Positions 7,868 to 17,756 are shown, counted from the first letter of the stretch. The stretch is DNA of 43,646 bases from an uncultured Candidatus Saccharibacteria bacterium (GCA_964354935.1 CAYHBT010000002.1:19864-63509), one strand, 5' to 3'. Numbers and translations: made by a program. Notes: a model not told the origin generated them from the letters alone.

Positions 7868-8983
7868 ATGAAAGAAAAAAAAGTAGATAAATTTTTTCTA
7901 ATAATCTTCAGTCTTTTGCTTGCAATTGGTATCGCGATGTTTATCTCTGCTTCTTTAGGGGTTTGGGCAAAAAATGAAAAAATTTTCTTCTCCGTGCTTT
8001 TTAGCCAGTTGGTGCTCGGTCTCGGCCTTGGACTCTTGGGAATGTATCTTTGTTATAAAATAAATTATAAATTTTGGAGAAAATATGCCTTCTTTATTTT
8101 CTTTGGCTCTGTTTTACTGACAGCGGCTGTGTTTATTCCGCATTTTGGCTGGACTCACGGGGGAGCACAAAGATGGATACAAATAGGGGGATTTTCTTTT
8201 CAGCCGGTAGAGATTTTGAAATTTAGCTTCATAATTTATTTTGCTACCCTTCTCGCTTCATTTAAAGATAGAGTTAAAGATTTCAAATTTGGCATTTTGC
8301 CTTTTGGTATTATGATGACGCTTATTGCTGTTATCTTACTCAAGCAGCCTGACACCAAAAGTTTCATTTTAATTTCAGTAACTGGTATTGGAATGCTCTT
8401 TATCTCCGGTGTTCCATTGAAATATATTTTAAGCATAGGAACAGCCGGTGTCATTCTTTTGGGAACTCTAGTTTTCTTTACTCCATATTTACAAGAACGG
8501 GTAAAAACTTTTATCAATCCTGCTTCCGATCCGCGCGGATCTTCTTATCAGATTCAACAGTCGTATATTGCGCTTGGATCGGGGGGTATTTTCGGAAGAG
8601 GTTTCGGTCAAAGTATTCAAAAATTCAGCTATCTGCCTGAACCGCAAGGGGATTCGATTTTTGCTGTTTTAGGAGAAGAATTGGGTTTTGCTGGAGCCCT
8701 AGGGACAATATTTCTATATTTACTCTTTACTTTGCGTGGATTTCGCATTGCTAACAATTCTCCAGATGTCTTCAGTAGACTTCTGGTCTCCGGAATTGTT
8801 ATACTAATTATAGTGCAGTCGTTTATGCACATTGCCTCGATTATCGGAGTTTTCCCGCTTACTGGCGTACCGCTTCCTTTTATGAGTCACGGAGGCACTT
8901 CTCTTATGATATATCTTTCAGCTATCGGCATTATATTAAACATATCGAAATTTTCCGCCAAAAGCGGATCAGCTCAAGGCTGA
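7868..8983 (+). CDS. ftsW: SEDS-family peptidoglycan glycosyltransferase FtsW/RodA
   Basis: 371-aa membrane protein with PEPQGDSIFAVLGEELGF and PFMSHGGTS motifs. Lies between mraY and murG. Confidence 0.85.
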   Translation: MKEKKVDKFFLIIFSLLLAIGIAMFISASLGVWAKNEKIFFSVLFSQLVLGLGLGLLGMYLCYKINYKFWRKYAFFIFFGSVLLTAAVFIPHFGWTHGGAQRWIQIGGFSFQPVEILKFSFIIYFATLLASFKDRVKDFKFGILPFGIMMTLIAVILLKQPDTKSFILISVTGIGMLFISGVPLKYILSIGTAGVILLGTLVFFTPYLQERVKTFINPASDPRGSSYQIQQSYIALGSGGIFGRGFGQSIQKFSYLPEPQGDSIFAVLGEELGFAGALGTIFLYLLFTLRGFRIANNSPDVFSRLLVSGIVILIIVQSFMHIASIIGVFPLTGVPLPFMSHGGTSLMIYLSAIGIILNISKFSAKSGSAQG

Positions 8984-9003
8984 AATAAAAACATAATAAT
9001 TAT

Positions 9004-10134
9004 ATGAAAATAGTATTTACGGGCGGTGGAACAGGTGGACATTTTTATCCTATTATTGCCGTTGTTGAAAAAATAAATTTAATCATTGACCGCGAAAATA
9101 TATTAAAAGCAAAACTTTACTATGTTTCAGATAATCCTTACGACAAGGAAATGCTTTTTGAAAATGGGCTTTTGTATGAACAAATAAATACCGGAAAGAT
9201 GCGTACATATTTTTCTTTTAAAAATTTTTCCGATATTTTTAAAACTTTTTTTGGAGTGATTAACGGACTTTTCAAGATTTTCTCAATTTATCCAGATGTG
9301 GTTTTTAGTAAGGGTGGATATGCTTCTTTCCCGACGATTCTTGCCGCTAGAATTTTACATATTCCGCTGGTGATTCACGAATCAGACTCTGCTCCTGGAA
9401 GGGTAAACAAATGGGCGGGACATTTTGCCAAAAAAATTGCTGTCTCCTTTCCCGAAGCTGGTGAATATTTTCCAAAAAATAAAGTCGCTTGGACGGGGCA
9501 ACCCATTCGAGCTGAAATCGAACACCCTGCGGGTAAGAGGGAAGCGCTTGAATATTTCAAACTAGAATCAGATTTGCCGGTTATATTAGTTTTGGGCGGT
9601 TCGCAAGGAGCGGAACTCATCAACAACACTATTTTGGACGCTCTGCCGAGACTTGTGGAAAAATATCAAATCATTCATCAGACTGGCGTTAAAAATTTTA
9701 AAATGGTCACTGAAAGAGCGGAGGTTGTCTTGGGAGATAATCCAAATAAATTAAGATACCTATCAATGCCTTTTCTGAATCCTTTAGCTCTGCGAATGGC
9801 TTCCGGCGCGGCGACTATCGTAATTTCTCGAGCCGGCTCGATGATATTTGAAATTGCTTCTTGGGGTTTGCCATCTGTCTTGATACCAATTACAAATACC
9901 AATATGGATCATCAAAGAAAAAATGCTTTCAATTACGCTCGCTCCGGAGCTTGCAGTGTGATTGAAGAAGCGAATATGACTGCTAATATTTTGAGTTCAG
10001 AAATTGAGAGAATCACCGAAAACAAAGAAGCTTATGATCTGATGGCGCAAAGCGCCAAAGCTTTCAACAAGCCCGACGCAGCGATGAAAATAGCTCAAGC
10101 GATAATGGATATCGCGATGAGTCACGAGAGATAA
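9004..10134 (+). CDS. murG: UDP-GlcNAc:lipid I N-acetylglucosaminyltransferase
   Basis: N-terminal TGGGTGGHFYPIIAV glycine loop; 376 aa; dcw-cluster context. Confidence 0.9.
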   Translation: MKIVFTGGGTGGHFYPIIAVVEKINLIIDRENILKAKLYYVSDNPYDKEMLFENGLLYEQINTGKMRTYFSFKNFSDIFKTFFGVINGLFKIFSIYPDVVFSKGGYASFPTILAARILHIPLVIHESDSAPGRVNKWAGHFAKKIAVSFPEAGEYFPKNKVAWTGQPIRAEIEHPAGKREALEYFKLESDLPVILVLGGSQGAELINNTILDALPRLVEKYQIIHQTGVKNFKMVTERAEVVLGDNPNKLRYLSMPFLNPLALRMASGAATIVISRAGSMIFEIASWGLPSVLIPITNTNMDHQRKNAFNYARSGACSVIEEANMTANILSSEIERITENKEAYDLMAQSAKAFNKPDAAMKIAQAIMDIAMSHER

Positions 10135-10149
10135 AAAATAAATTTTTTG

Positions 10150-10158
10150 TGTTATTAT
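10150..10158 (+). promoter_or_regulatory. Extended -10-like box 6 nt before the gltX ATG
   Basis: TGTTATTAT-atagct-ATG; no SD. Confidence 0.4.
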
Positions 10159-10164
10159 ATAGCT

Positions 10165-11589
10165 ATGTCAGATACAAAAGTCGTAACTAGATTTGCACCC
10201 AGCCCGACGGGGTTTATGCATGTGGGCGGTGTTCGAACCGCTCTTTACGCGTGGCTCTGGGCGCGAAAAAATAATGGTCAATTCATTCTGCGCATTGAGG
10301 ACACGGATAAGGAAAGGGAAGTGGAAGGTTCAATTGAACACATCAAAAAGTCGCTCTTATGGCTGGGCTTGGATTGGGATCAAGGACCGGATGTCGGCGG
10401 ACCGCACGCGTCCTACATTCAGTCGGAAAGGCTTCAATTATATAAAAAATACGCGGATATTTTAATTAAAAAAGGTTTAGCCTACGCCGATCCTTGCACT
10501 GCCGAAGAAATCGAACAATTTAGAAAAAAAGCCGAAGTCGAGAAAAAGCCCTTTCTGTATCGCGAGCATCGTCCGGAAAATCCGCCAGTTTGGAATGGGT
10601 CTTTGCCTCTTCGGTTTAAGGTGCCGGAATTAAAAAAGACAGTTTGGAAAGATATTGTCTGGGGAGATCTTTCTGCCGGTCCTGAAGCGCTGGACGATTT
10701 TATTTTAATCAAGGGCGACGGATATCCGACTTATAATTTTGCGCACATCGTGGACGACATAGAAATGGGTGTCACTCATGTCGTGCGCGGTCAGGAATTT
10801 ATTTCTTCCACTCCGAAATTTCTTTCGGTCTATGAGGCGCTCGGTGTCACTCCTCCATTTTTTGTGACCACTCCGCCGATAATGGGCGCGGACGGAAACA
10901 AGAAACTTTCCAAGCGCGATGGCGCCAAAGATATTTTGGACTATGAAAAAGAAGGCTATCTGCCGGACGCTATGCTGAATTATTTGGCATTTTTGGGCTT
11001 TAACCCCGGGGGAGAAAAGGAGGTTTTCACCAGAGAAGAATTGATTGCAGTTTTTGATTTGGGAAAAATTCAGCGTTCCGGAGCGCAGTGGAGCGATGAT
11101 AAATTAAATTGGATAAATAAAGAACATATGAAAAAATTGCCGGCGGAAGAAATAAAAAATAAAATTTTCTCCTTTTTGCCACCTGAGTTTCAAAATAAAA
11201 AATTAATTCCGGTAATTTTTGAACGAATCTCTAAATGGAGCGATATAAAAACTATGATTGAGGCAGGGGAGCTTGATTGTTTTTCTAAAGAGAAATCGCC
11301 GGAATATTCCAAAGAAAAACTCATTTATAAAAATTCTACAGCTGAAAAAATTTCCGAAAATCTAAAATCGGTAATTAAAGCGCTAGGAGATTTGAGTGAA
11401 GAAAACTTTACCACTGAAAATGTAAAAAATTCTTTAATGCAGATTGCAAATAGTTTAGAGAGCAGGGGAGAGCTCTTACATCCGGTGCGCTATGCCCTAT
11501 CCGGCAGAGATAAATCTCCTGATCCATTTATTATCGCTTCGATTTTAGGAAAAAATGAAACTATTTCTAGACTTCAAAAAGCTGTTTAG
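10165..11589 (+). CDS. gltX: Glutamyl-tRNA synthetase
   Basis: RFAPSPTGFMHVGGVRTALY (HIGH region) and KLSKRDG (KMSKS region). The ATG at 10165 is preferred over the track start at 10147. Confidence 0.9.
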   Translation: MSDTKVVTRFAPSPTGFMHVGGVRTALYAWLWARKNNGQFILRIEDTDKEREVEGSIEHIKKSLLWLGLDWDQGPDVGGPHASYIQSERLQLYKKYADILIKKGLAYADPCTAEEIEQFRKKAEVEKKPFLYREHRPENPPVWNGSLPLRFKVPELKKTVWKDIVWGDLSAGPEALDDFILIKGDGYPTYNFAHIVDDIEMGVTHVVRGQEFISSTPKFLSVYEALGVTPPFFVTTPPIMGADGNKKLSKRDGAKDILDYEKEGYLPDAMLNYLAFLGFNPGGEKEVFTREELIAVFDLGKIQRSGAQWSDDKLNWINKEHMKKLPAEEIKNKIFSFLPPEFQNKKLIPVIFERISKWSDIKTMIEAGELDCFSKEKSPEYSKEKLIYKNSTAEKISENLKSVIKALGDLSEENFTTENVKNSLMQIANSLESRGELLHPVRYALSGRDKSPDPFIIASILGKNETISRLQKAV

Positions 11590-12850
11590 TGTTTTTTTGA
11601 TGACGGTTTTTTTAATCGTTCCGGTGTTTTTTTCTTATGCCAGTATGGCGGAAGATTTGCAAAATAAGATAAACCAAAAAGATTCCGACATTGCCAAGCT
11701 CGAAGAAGAAATCAAAATTTATCAAATTGAACTCGATAATTTAGAAAAGCAAAAAAGCTCTTTGGCTGGATCAATCAGGCAGCTTGATCTAACCAAAAAA
11801 AAGTTGGTGACCGATATCAATGTCACTCAAACTAAAATTGACAAGAAAAATCTGGAAATCAAAAGTTTGACATCTAATATCGGAGACAAAGAAGATACAA
11901 TAGCAAACAACATAGATTCAATTAAGATTGGAATCCAAAAAACCAGTGAGTTCGAGCAAAAAAGCGTGCTCGAGGCGTTGTTGTCTTCAGATAATTTTTC
12001 GTTTATCTGGAATGATATAGACAATATGACCACTCTACATGAAAAAATAAGGGAAGACATAATCAAATTAAAACAAATCAAGGGTGAATTAGAGGATACT
12101 AGAGAAAAAACCATCAGCGCTAAAAATGAACTCACAGCACTAAGGGCGAAGCTTTCCGACCAACAAAAAATTGTTGTTCAAAATACAAATGAAAAAAATA
12201 AATTATTAAAACAGACAAAAAATAATGAAGCGAGTTACCAAAAATTATTACAGGAAAGGATCGCTCAAAGAGACGCATTTGAAAAAGAGTTACGCGATTT
12301 TGAAGCGCAACTGCAGTATATTCTCGATCCGTCCAAGCTGCCGACTGGCGGCGTGCTTTCTTGGCCTCTTGAAAAAATTTATATCACTCAACTCTTTGGC
12401 AAGACAGTCGATTCCAAGCGTCTCTACGCTTCAGGGACGCACAACGGAGTAGATTTCCGTGCCTCTGTCGGCACTCCGGTTTTGGCGATGGCAGATGGCA
12501 CAGTTTTGGGCACAGGAGATACAGATACTACTTGCTATGGCGCTTCTTTCGGAAAATTTGTTTTTGTAAAATACAACAACGGACTTTCTAGCACTTTCGG
12601 GCATCTTTCATTAATTAGAGTTTCTTCTGGACAACAGGTAAAAAGAGGAGAGGTGGTCGGCTATAGCGGCAATACCGGCCACACGACTGGTCCGCATTTA
12701 CATGTGTCTCTTTATGCTTCTGAAGCCGTTAAAATGACTACCAAGCCGTCAGTGGCTTGTGGCGGGCGTATTTATACATTACCAGTGGCGCCGGTAAACG
12801 CTTATCTAGATGCTATGTATTATTTACCGCCTTATATTAAGATAAATTAG
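11555..12850 (+). CDS. M23-family peptidase with long N-terminal coiled coil (EnvC-like)
   Basis: C-terminal HNGVDFRASVGTPVLAMADGTV...GNTGHTTGPHLHVS (LytM/M23 motifs), a signal/TM segment and a heptad-rich region. The start may be the ATG at 11600 instead. Confidence 0.8.
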   Translation: MKLFLDFKKLFSVFLMTVFLIVPVFFSYASMAEDLQNKINQKDSDIAKLEEEIKIYQIELDNLEKQKSSLAGSIRQLDLTKKKLVTDINVTQTKIDKKNLEIKSLTSNIGDKEDTIANNIDSIKIGIQKTSEFEQKSVLEALLSSDNFSFIWNDIDNMTTLHEKIREDIIKLKQIKGELEDTREKTISAKNELTALRAKLSDQQKIVVQNTNEKNKLLKQTKNNEASYQKLLQERIAQRDAFEKELRDFEAQLQYILDPSKLPTGGVLSWPLEKIYITQLFGKTVDSKRLYASGTHNGVDFRASVGTPVLAMADGTVLGTGDTDTTCYGASFGKFVFVKYNNGLSSTFGHLSLIRVSSGQQVKRGEVVGYSGNTGHTTGPHLHVSLYASEAVKMTTKPSVACGGRIYTLPVAPVNAYLDAMYYLPPYIKIN

Positions 12851-12898
12851 ATAAATAAGTTGCCGTGAAGGTTGTTTTTATGGTAAAATTTGTTCACT

Positions 12899-13099
12899 AT
12901 GCATAAAAAAATAAATCGCAACGAGAGGGGATTCATACAAATAATAATAATTATTATTGTCGTACTTCTTTTAATGAAATATTTTAATATTACAATTTCT
13001 GGAATTTTAAATTATTTTCACCTCACTTGGGTTGATATAATAAATTGGCTAACCGGAGCGCTTAATTGGTTTAAAGATTTATTTAATAGTGTGAAATAA
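12899..13099 (+). CDS. Small hydrophobic protein, unknown function
   Basis: Short ORF with one clear TM segment (IIIIIIVVLLLM). The ATG at 12899 lies 9 nt after TGGTAAAAT. Confidence 0.35.
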   Translation: MHKKINRNERGFIQIIIIIIVVLLLMKYFNITISGILNYFHLTWVDIINWLTGALNWFKDLFNSVK

Positions 13100-13162
13100 G
13101 AAAGTCTATAATCTGCCTATATACTGTGGATAAGTTCGCTTTACATATATTGTGCGAACTAG

Positions 13163-13168
13163 TATACT
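13163..13168 (+). promoter_or_regulatory. -10-like box 6 nt before the recombinase ATG
   Basis: TATACT-caaaac-ATG. Preceded by the hairpin AGTTCGC..GCGAACT. Confidence 0.4.
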
Positions 13169-13174
13169 CAAAAC

Positions 13175-14170
13175 ATGAGTACAAAAACAGCCGTCCAGCC
13201 GATAACCAAATATATCCTTCCCTTTCTAGATTACTGCGAAGTTGAGAAAGGGTTATCGAACAACACCCAACGCAACTACGAGCAATATCTCAAACTATTT
13301 GTGGGCTGGCTAAAAAAAACAAATAAAGAAAATCTTTTACCGCACGAGTTAACAGCCGAACATATTTGGGATTATCGTTTGTATTTGGCTCGAACTTATA
13401 TAACTCGTAATGGTGGATATTTGGGTAAGAAATCTCAAAATTATTACCTGATCGCTTTGCGAGCGCTTCTTGATTTTCTCGCCGACCGCGATATTCAAAT
13501 ACTTCCTTCTTCTAAAATAAAATTGGCTAAGCAAAAGACAGACGAGACTATCTCCTTTCTCGATACGCGTGATGTCGAAGCTATGCTAAAGATTCCCGAT
13601 ACAAAAACTCCAGCCGGTCTTCGGGACCGTTCCATAATGGAATTATTCTTTTCATCTGGTATGCGTATTTCGGAATTGGTAGCTCTGGATGCTGACCGCG
13701 TATCCTTCTTGAAGGACAAAAATTCGAAGCGCACCTTTGAACTTTCGATTGTTGGTAAAGGTCGCCATGTACGAACCATCTTCATTTCTCCTCGTGCCGC
13801 GCAGTGGCTACGCACTTATCTCGCATCTCGTAAAGATATGGAGAAGCCACTTTTTGTAAATATAAAATCTGGTGGAAATAAAAATATAAAAAAAGATGAT
13901 GATCATCGCCTCACTAATAGGTGGATACAAAAGATGATTTCAAAATGCGCATTGCTTGCGGGGATTTCCAAAAAAGTGACTCCCCACACGCTTCGCCATA
14001 CTTACGCCACCGATCTTTTGGGTAATGGAGCTGACTTACGAAGCGTACAAGAACTTTTGGGTCACAAGAATGTATCTACCACTCAAATATACACTCATGT
14101 GACCAATAAGGGCCTTAGAGACATCCACGAAAAATTTCATGGCGGAAAGGAAATTGATAATAATAAATAA
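13175..14170 (+). CDS. Tyrosine recombinase, XerC/XerD-like
   Basis: C-terminal HTLRHTYATDLL...LLGHKNVSTTQIYTHV (R-H-R-Y catalytic motifs) and an N-terminal SAM-like core-binding domain. Confidence 0.85.
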   Translation: MSTKTAVQPITKYILPFLDYCEVEKGLSNNTQRNYEQYLKLFVGWLKKTNKENLLPHELTAEHIWDYRLYLARTYITRNGGYLGKKSQNYYLIALRALLDFLADRDIQILPSSKIKLAKQKTDETISFLDTRDVEAMLKIPDTKTPAGLRDRSIMELFFSSGMRISELVALDADRVSFLKDKNSKRTFELSIVGKGRHVRTIFISPRAAQWLRTYLASRKDMEKPLFVNIKSGGNKNIKKDDDHRLTNRWIQKMISKCALLAGISKKVTPHTLRHTYATDLLGNGADLRSVQELLGHKNVSTTQIYTHVTNKGLRDIHEKFHGGKEIDNNK

Positions 14171-14182
14171 GAATGTATATAT

Positions 14183-14560
14183 TTACCTGCAGGAGCTAGA
14201 AAGTTCATATCCTGCCTTTTGCGCATCTTCCCCTGTCGCAAAATAAATTCTATTTTCTTGCTTAATAGTTTTGCCGGCCGAACATCCTATTGAATAATAT
14301 TTTGTTCCCCTGTTTGAGGCAAAGAAATTTTTCCCCATATAATTTTGAGTATTTTCTTTATTTGCTGAATTTAGGGCTGAAATCGCATTTGCAGGCTGAT
14401 TTTCTACTTGACCCGTATATTCTATTTTAATACCCGAAGAATCTCCTCCTTTTGATAGTCTACCTAGTTCAAATGATCCTAAACCCACCAAAATAACGAT
14501 AATTACAGTCAAAATATCCTTCCCTTTCTCGCTTTCAATAAATGCCTTGATTTTTTCCAT
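14183..14560 (-). CDS. Membrane-anchored small protein with C-terminal Cys motif (YYSIGC...GYELSSSC)
   Basis: 125 aa with an N-terminal TM helix. The C-terminal Y..GC......I.......F.....A...GY.....C pattern resembles small metal-binding (Ada-like) domains. Function unknown. Confidence 0.5.
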   Translation of the reverse strand: MEKIKAFIESEKGKDILTVIIVILVGLGSFELGRLSKGGDSSGIKIEYTGQVENQPANAISALNSANKENTQNYMGKNFFASNRGTKYYSIGCSAGKTIKQENRIYFATGEDAQKAGYELSSSCR

Positions 14561-14640
14561 AGAATGAATTATACTTGATTTTGTTATTGAATTATATAAT
14601 AACTAGCTACTAGAAGCTATAACCTAGAACCTAATTTTAT

Positions 14641-14913
14641 ATGGCACATAGAAAAGCCGGCGGAACAGCCAAAAATTTAAGAGACTCAAATCCACAGTAC
14701 TTAGGTATTAAGCTTTATGATGGCGAGAAGGCTCAATCTGGGTCTATTATCGTTCGTCAGCGCGGTACGACGGTTATGGCAGGCGCAAATGTAGGCTTGG
14801 GCAAGGATCACACCCTTTTCGCGCTCAAAGACGGCATCGTCAAATTCGGCTCTCGCAGAAAGACTTCTTTCAATGGAAAAACCGTAGTCAAAAAAGTTGT
14901 AAATGTAAACTAA
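14641..14913 (+). CDS. rpmA: 50S ribosomal protein L27
   Basis: [24 protein letters not shown]...IIVRQRGT...GKDHTLFA is canonical L27. Confidence 0.95.
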   Translation: MAHRKAGGTAKNLRDSNPQYLGIKLYDGEKAQSGSIIVRQRGTTVMAGANVGLGKDHTLFALKDGIVKFGSRRKTSFNGKTVVKKVVNVN

Positions 14914-14918
14914 CAAAT

Positions 14919-14946
14919 AAAAAATCCCCCTTGCGGGGGATTTTTT
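14919..14946. terminator. Bidirectional intrinsic terminator between rpmA and the convergent ORF
   Basis: AAAAAATCCCCC-TTGC-GGGGGATTTTTT: a perfect GC stem flanked by A and T tracts. Confidence 0.8.
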
Positions 14947-15739
14947 ATTTAAACAATTGCGTAGCCGGAGGCAATTCTCCCGGCGCACCTTCTTTTTTGT
15001 GTAGTCTTAAAACACCCTCACTCAATTGAATATCGATTTGCGGGAATTTTTCTTTGACGGCATTTTTCCATTTTATTACTAAAGCTTGGGTGGGTTTCGG
15101 TTCATCTGTATCTGTAAGTTCAAATTGAACAAACATTAGACCGTTGTCGTCTAATATGCGATACCAAGCTCTAATCATATGATCTAAAATGGCTGGTTCT
15201 TTTTTTATACCCAGCAAAACACCCATCATTCTGGAAATAATTAAATTTGTTTTTTTTGTGCCAAGTGTTTTCAGCACAGTATCGAGCAATTGATTGTTTT
15301 GTGGGTCTAATATGTCGCCAATAATTACAGAATGGTTCTTCTTATCATCGGCTTCTTTTTGTTTTTTTTCACGAATATCTTCTAAACAAATCCCTATTGT
15401 CTTCCTAAAGAAACCCTCTGAAAAATCTCCAAAAAGATTAGATCCTGGACCGCCAAATTCTACAGCGGTTCCGCCTTTTTCTAATATATTTTCTATGTAT
15501 CTTTTTAAAGCTAAATCATCTTCTTCTCCTTGGTGGTTATATTCTCTATATTCTTTTGGTAGACAAGGAAAAAAGGTAGATCCAAAAGTGGTGCCGAACT
15601 GATTTTTTTCATTTCTAGAAATTGATGCGTCATGAGTAATCCATTTTTTCTCTTGACCTTCAAAAATATCTTTTTCCGTATTACTTCGATTGTGTCTTAT
15701 GGCTTTTTTTATTTCTCCAAAAGTTGTTTCCTCTTTCAT
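14945..15739 (-). CDS. Hypothetical protein, possibly class I SAM-dependent methyltransferase-like
   Basis: 264 aa. Contains AVEFGGPGSN (motif I-like), ICLED, IIGDILD and NLIISRM spaced as in Rossmann-fold methyltransferases. Weak pattern-level evidence only. Confidence 0.45.
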   Translation of the reverse strand: MKEETTFGEIKKAIRHNRSNTEKDIFEGQEKKWITHDASISRNEKNQFGTTFGSTFFPCLPKEYREYNHQGEEDDLALKRYIENILEKGGTAVEFGGPGSNLFGDFSEGFFRKTIGICLEDIREKKQKEADDKKNHSVIIGDILDPQNNQLLDTVLKTLGTKKTNLIISRMMGVLLGIKKEPAILDHMIRAWYRILDDNGLMFVQFELTDTDEPKPTQALVIKWKNAVKEKFPQIDIQLSEGVLRLHKKEGAPGELPPATQLFK

Positions 15740-15768
15740 AAATTATTCACTTTAGTTGACTAAAGTAA

Positions 15769-16212
15769 CTAAATTCCTTCCACAATCAACTTAAACGAAG
15801 ACTTTTTTCCTTTGATGGAAATCGGGATTTCGTGCTCCCCTATTTCTTTTATCGGTTTTTCGAGAACAATAAATTCTTCGCCGATATCGGCGTGATTTTG
15901 GGTTTTCATTGCTTCAACGATTTCTTTTGTATGGATTGCCGAAAAGAGATGCCCCTTATCGTTTGCTTTTCCCTTCATCACGATTGCTTTACCTTTGATT
16001 GCTTCAAGATTTTTCAAGAGCAAACTCTCCTGCACTTCCCTTTCTATCTCTATGTTTTTCTTTCTTTTTTCTAATTCGGAAACTGCTTTTGGAGTTGCGG
16101 TTTCAGCTAATTTTCTAGGTAGTAAAAAATTTGTGGCATAGCCGTCGTTTACCTCTTTGATATCGTATTTTTTTCCAACTCTCTGCACATCTTGTAAGAA
16201 TATTACACGCAT
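15769..16212 (-). CDS. rplI: 50S ribosomal protein L9
   Basis: MRVIFLQDVQRVGKKYDIKEVNDGYATNFLLPRKLA is a canonical L9 N-terminus. Confidence 0.9.
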   Translation of the reverse strand: MRVIFLQDVQRVGKKYDIKEVNDGYATNFLLPRKLAETATPKAVSELEKRKKNIEIEREVQESLLLKNLEAIKGKAIVMKGKANDKGHLFSAIHTKEIVEAMKTQNHADIGEEFIVLEKPIKEIGEHEIPISIKGKKSSFKLIVEGI

Positions 16213-16213
16213 T

Positions 16214-17431
16214 TTATTTCCAGTTAATTAATAATTCAATTGCTTTGTCCATTTGTAGATCTTTTTTATTATCTAAATCTTTTTTTGTATTTTCCACCAC
16301 ATAGTCTGGCGTGAGCCCCTTCTTTTCAATAAGATTTCCATTTGGCGTGAGCCACTTTGCTACGGTAATTTTGAGTAAAGTGTCCGGAGTGACTTTTACC
16401 GTTTCCTGCACAGAACCTTTGCCAAAGCTTTTTACTCCTACCAGCTTTGCGCGCTTATGATCTTGTAAGGCGCCAGCGACAATTTCCGATGCCGAGGCGG
16501 ATCCATCATCTATTAAGATCACAAATTTCAAATTCTCATTGAATATATTGTATCCCCTGCTTCGGAATATCTCCGATTCTTGATTGTCTCCATAATCCTC
16601 AGTTACAATAATTTTTCCTTTTGGTAAAAACCAACTTGCAATATCCACCGCTGCGTCTAAGTATCCTCCAGGGTTTCCTCGTAAATCTAGTAGTAATTTG
16701 TCGGTTTTAGATTCATAAAATTCTTTAAGTGCGCCCCTGAAAAGATTTGTTGAAGTGGCGGAGAAGCTGTAAAGTTTTATGACAAAAATGCCGTCTGCGC
16801 GGAGTTCTGTATCAAGTGTGGGTATGTTGATGATATCCCTTATAATTTTTTTTTCTATAGGATCTTTTACTCCTTCGCGAAAAATTGTAAGCGTGACTGT
16901 TGTCCCCTTTTCTCCTTTGATGAGTTTGATGGCGTCTTCGATATTTAGACCAGAAGTAACCTTGTCATCAATTTTAAGAATTTTATCACCGGGTTTGATA
17001 TCGGCTCTATAGGCAGGTGTATTTTTGAGAGGAGCAATCACCGTCAGCACTTTATCTTTTAGGCTGATTTCCATACCAACTCCAATGAAATTACCCGCTA
17101 TCTCTTCTTCAAAAGTTTTTGTGTTTTCTGGATCAAAAAATACGCTATATGGATCTTCTAACGCGTCAACCATACCGGAAATGGCGCCATAAATTCTATC
17201 TTGATCGGTTACTTGATCCGCTTTCGGATATTTTTCGTCGATAGTATTCCAAACTTTCCAAAATGGAGAAAAATCGGTTTCTGTCACAACTTCCGTTTCT
17301 TTATTTGAAATGCCTTTGACTTGTTCTATATCTGGAATGGATTTTTTGCCGACAGAAACGCCTATATTAAAAAAAATAGCGCCAAGTAAAACGATACCAA
17401 TGATGTTTCTTGTTTTTGAAAAATTTTGCAT
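16214..17431 (-). CDS. Carboxy-terminal processing protease (peptidase S41) with PDZ domain
   Basis: 405 aa with a PDZ-like segment (DIKPGDKILKIDD), LDLRGNPGG and SASASEI motifs. Confidence 0.85.
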   Translation of the reverse strand: MQNFSKTRNIIGIVLLGAIFFNIGVSVGKKSIPDIEQVKGISNKETEVVTETDFSPFWKVWNTIDEKYPKADQVTDQDRIYGAISGMVDALEDPYSVFFDPENTKTFEEEIAGNFIGVGMEISLKDKVLTVIAPLKNTPAYRADIKPGDKILKIDDKVTSGLNIEDAIKLIKGEKGTTVTLTIFREGVKDPIEKKIIRDIINIPTLDTELRADGIFVIKLYSFSATSTNLFRGALKEFYESKTDKLLLDLRGNPGGYLDAAVDIASWFLPKGKIIVTEDYGDNQESEIFRSRGYNIFNENLKFVILIDDGSASASEIVAGALQDHKRAKLVGVKSFGKGSVQETVKVTPDTLLKITVAKWLTPNGNLIEKKGLTPDYVVENTKKDLDNKKDLQMDKAIELLINWK

Positions 17432-17445
17432 AGTTATGAGTATTT

Positions 17446-17664
17446 TTATTCTGTGGTTTCAAACTTATTTTCTTTAAAATTATCAAAGATGGATTCTTTT
17501 TTGATTTCCTTTTTCTTTTGCTCTCTATAAAGCAGATAACTTGCAAAAATAAGTCCTAATCCCGACAATGTTTCCAATATGTTTTTAAAAGAATATGAAA
17601 AACCAAGATACGGTATAATTGCTACCCAAACACCAAACATCAAAAGTATGTATGCTTTTTTCAT
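17446..17664 (-). CDS. Small two-TM membrane protein, unknown function
   Basis: The MKKAYILLMFGVWVAIIPYLGF start at 17664 is preferred because TACAAT lies 6 nt upstream. The track ORF extends to 17688. Confidence 0.4.
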   Translation of the reverse strand: MKKAYILLMFGVWVAIIPYLGFSYSFKNILETLSGLGLIFASYLLYREQKKKEIKKESIFDNFKENKFETTE

Positions 17665-17704
17665 AGGTACATTGTATTTGAAAAACACTCAAAATGCAAA
17701 TACA

Positions 17705-17756
17705 CCTCACCCGCCTTCGGCACCCTCTCCTTGACAAGGAGAGGGTTAGGGAGAGG
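17705..17756. repeat. Nested-hairpin element, family B copy 1 (at the mrdA 3-prime end)
   Basis: CCTCACCCGCCTTCGGCACCCTCTCCTTGACAAGGAGAGGGTTAGGGAGAGG. Inner stem CCCTCTCCTT/AAGGAGAGGG, side hairpin GCC-TTCG-GGC. Confidence 0.8.

Noticed and set aside
13125-13133. Perfect DnaA box (TTATCCACA on the minus strand) upstream of the recombinase gene
   Set aside because: It is a single 9-mer, and a match of this kind is expected by chance at roughly one per few windows of this size. There is no cluster of boxes and no adjacent dnaA or dnaN.
13175-14170. Tyrosine recombinase as a marker of an integrated mobile element
   Set aside because: There is no flanking tRNA, direct repeats, phage or plasmid genes, or compositional shift. 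Neighbours include rpmA and housekeeping genes. It is most simply the chromosomal XerC/D-type dimer-resolution recombinase.
14960-14971. 12-mer CGTAGCCGGAGG shared between the 3-prime end of the 264-aa ORF (peptide LPPATQ) and the 3-prime end of guaA (26443-26454, peptide KPPATT)
   Set aside because: In guaA it encodes the conserved native C-terminal PPAT motif of GMP synthases. The flanks do not match, so coincidence is the simplest explanation.
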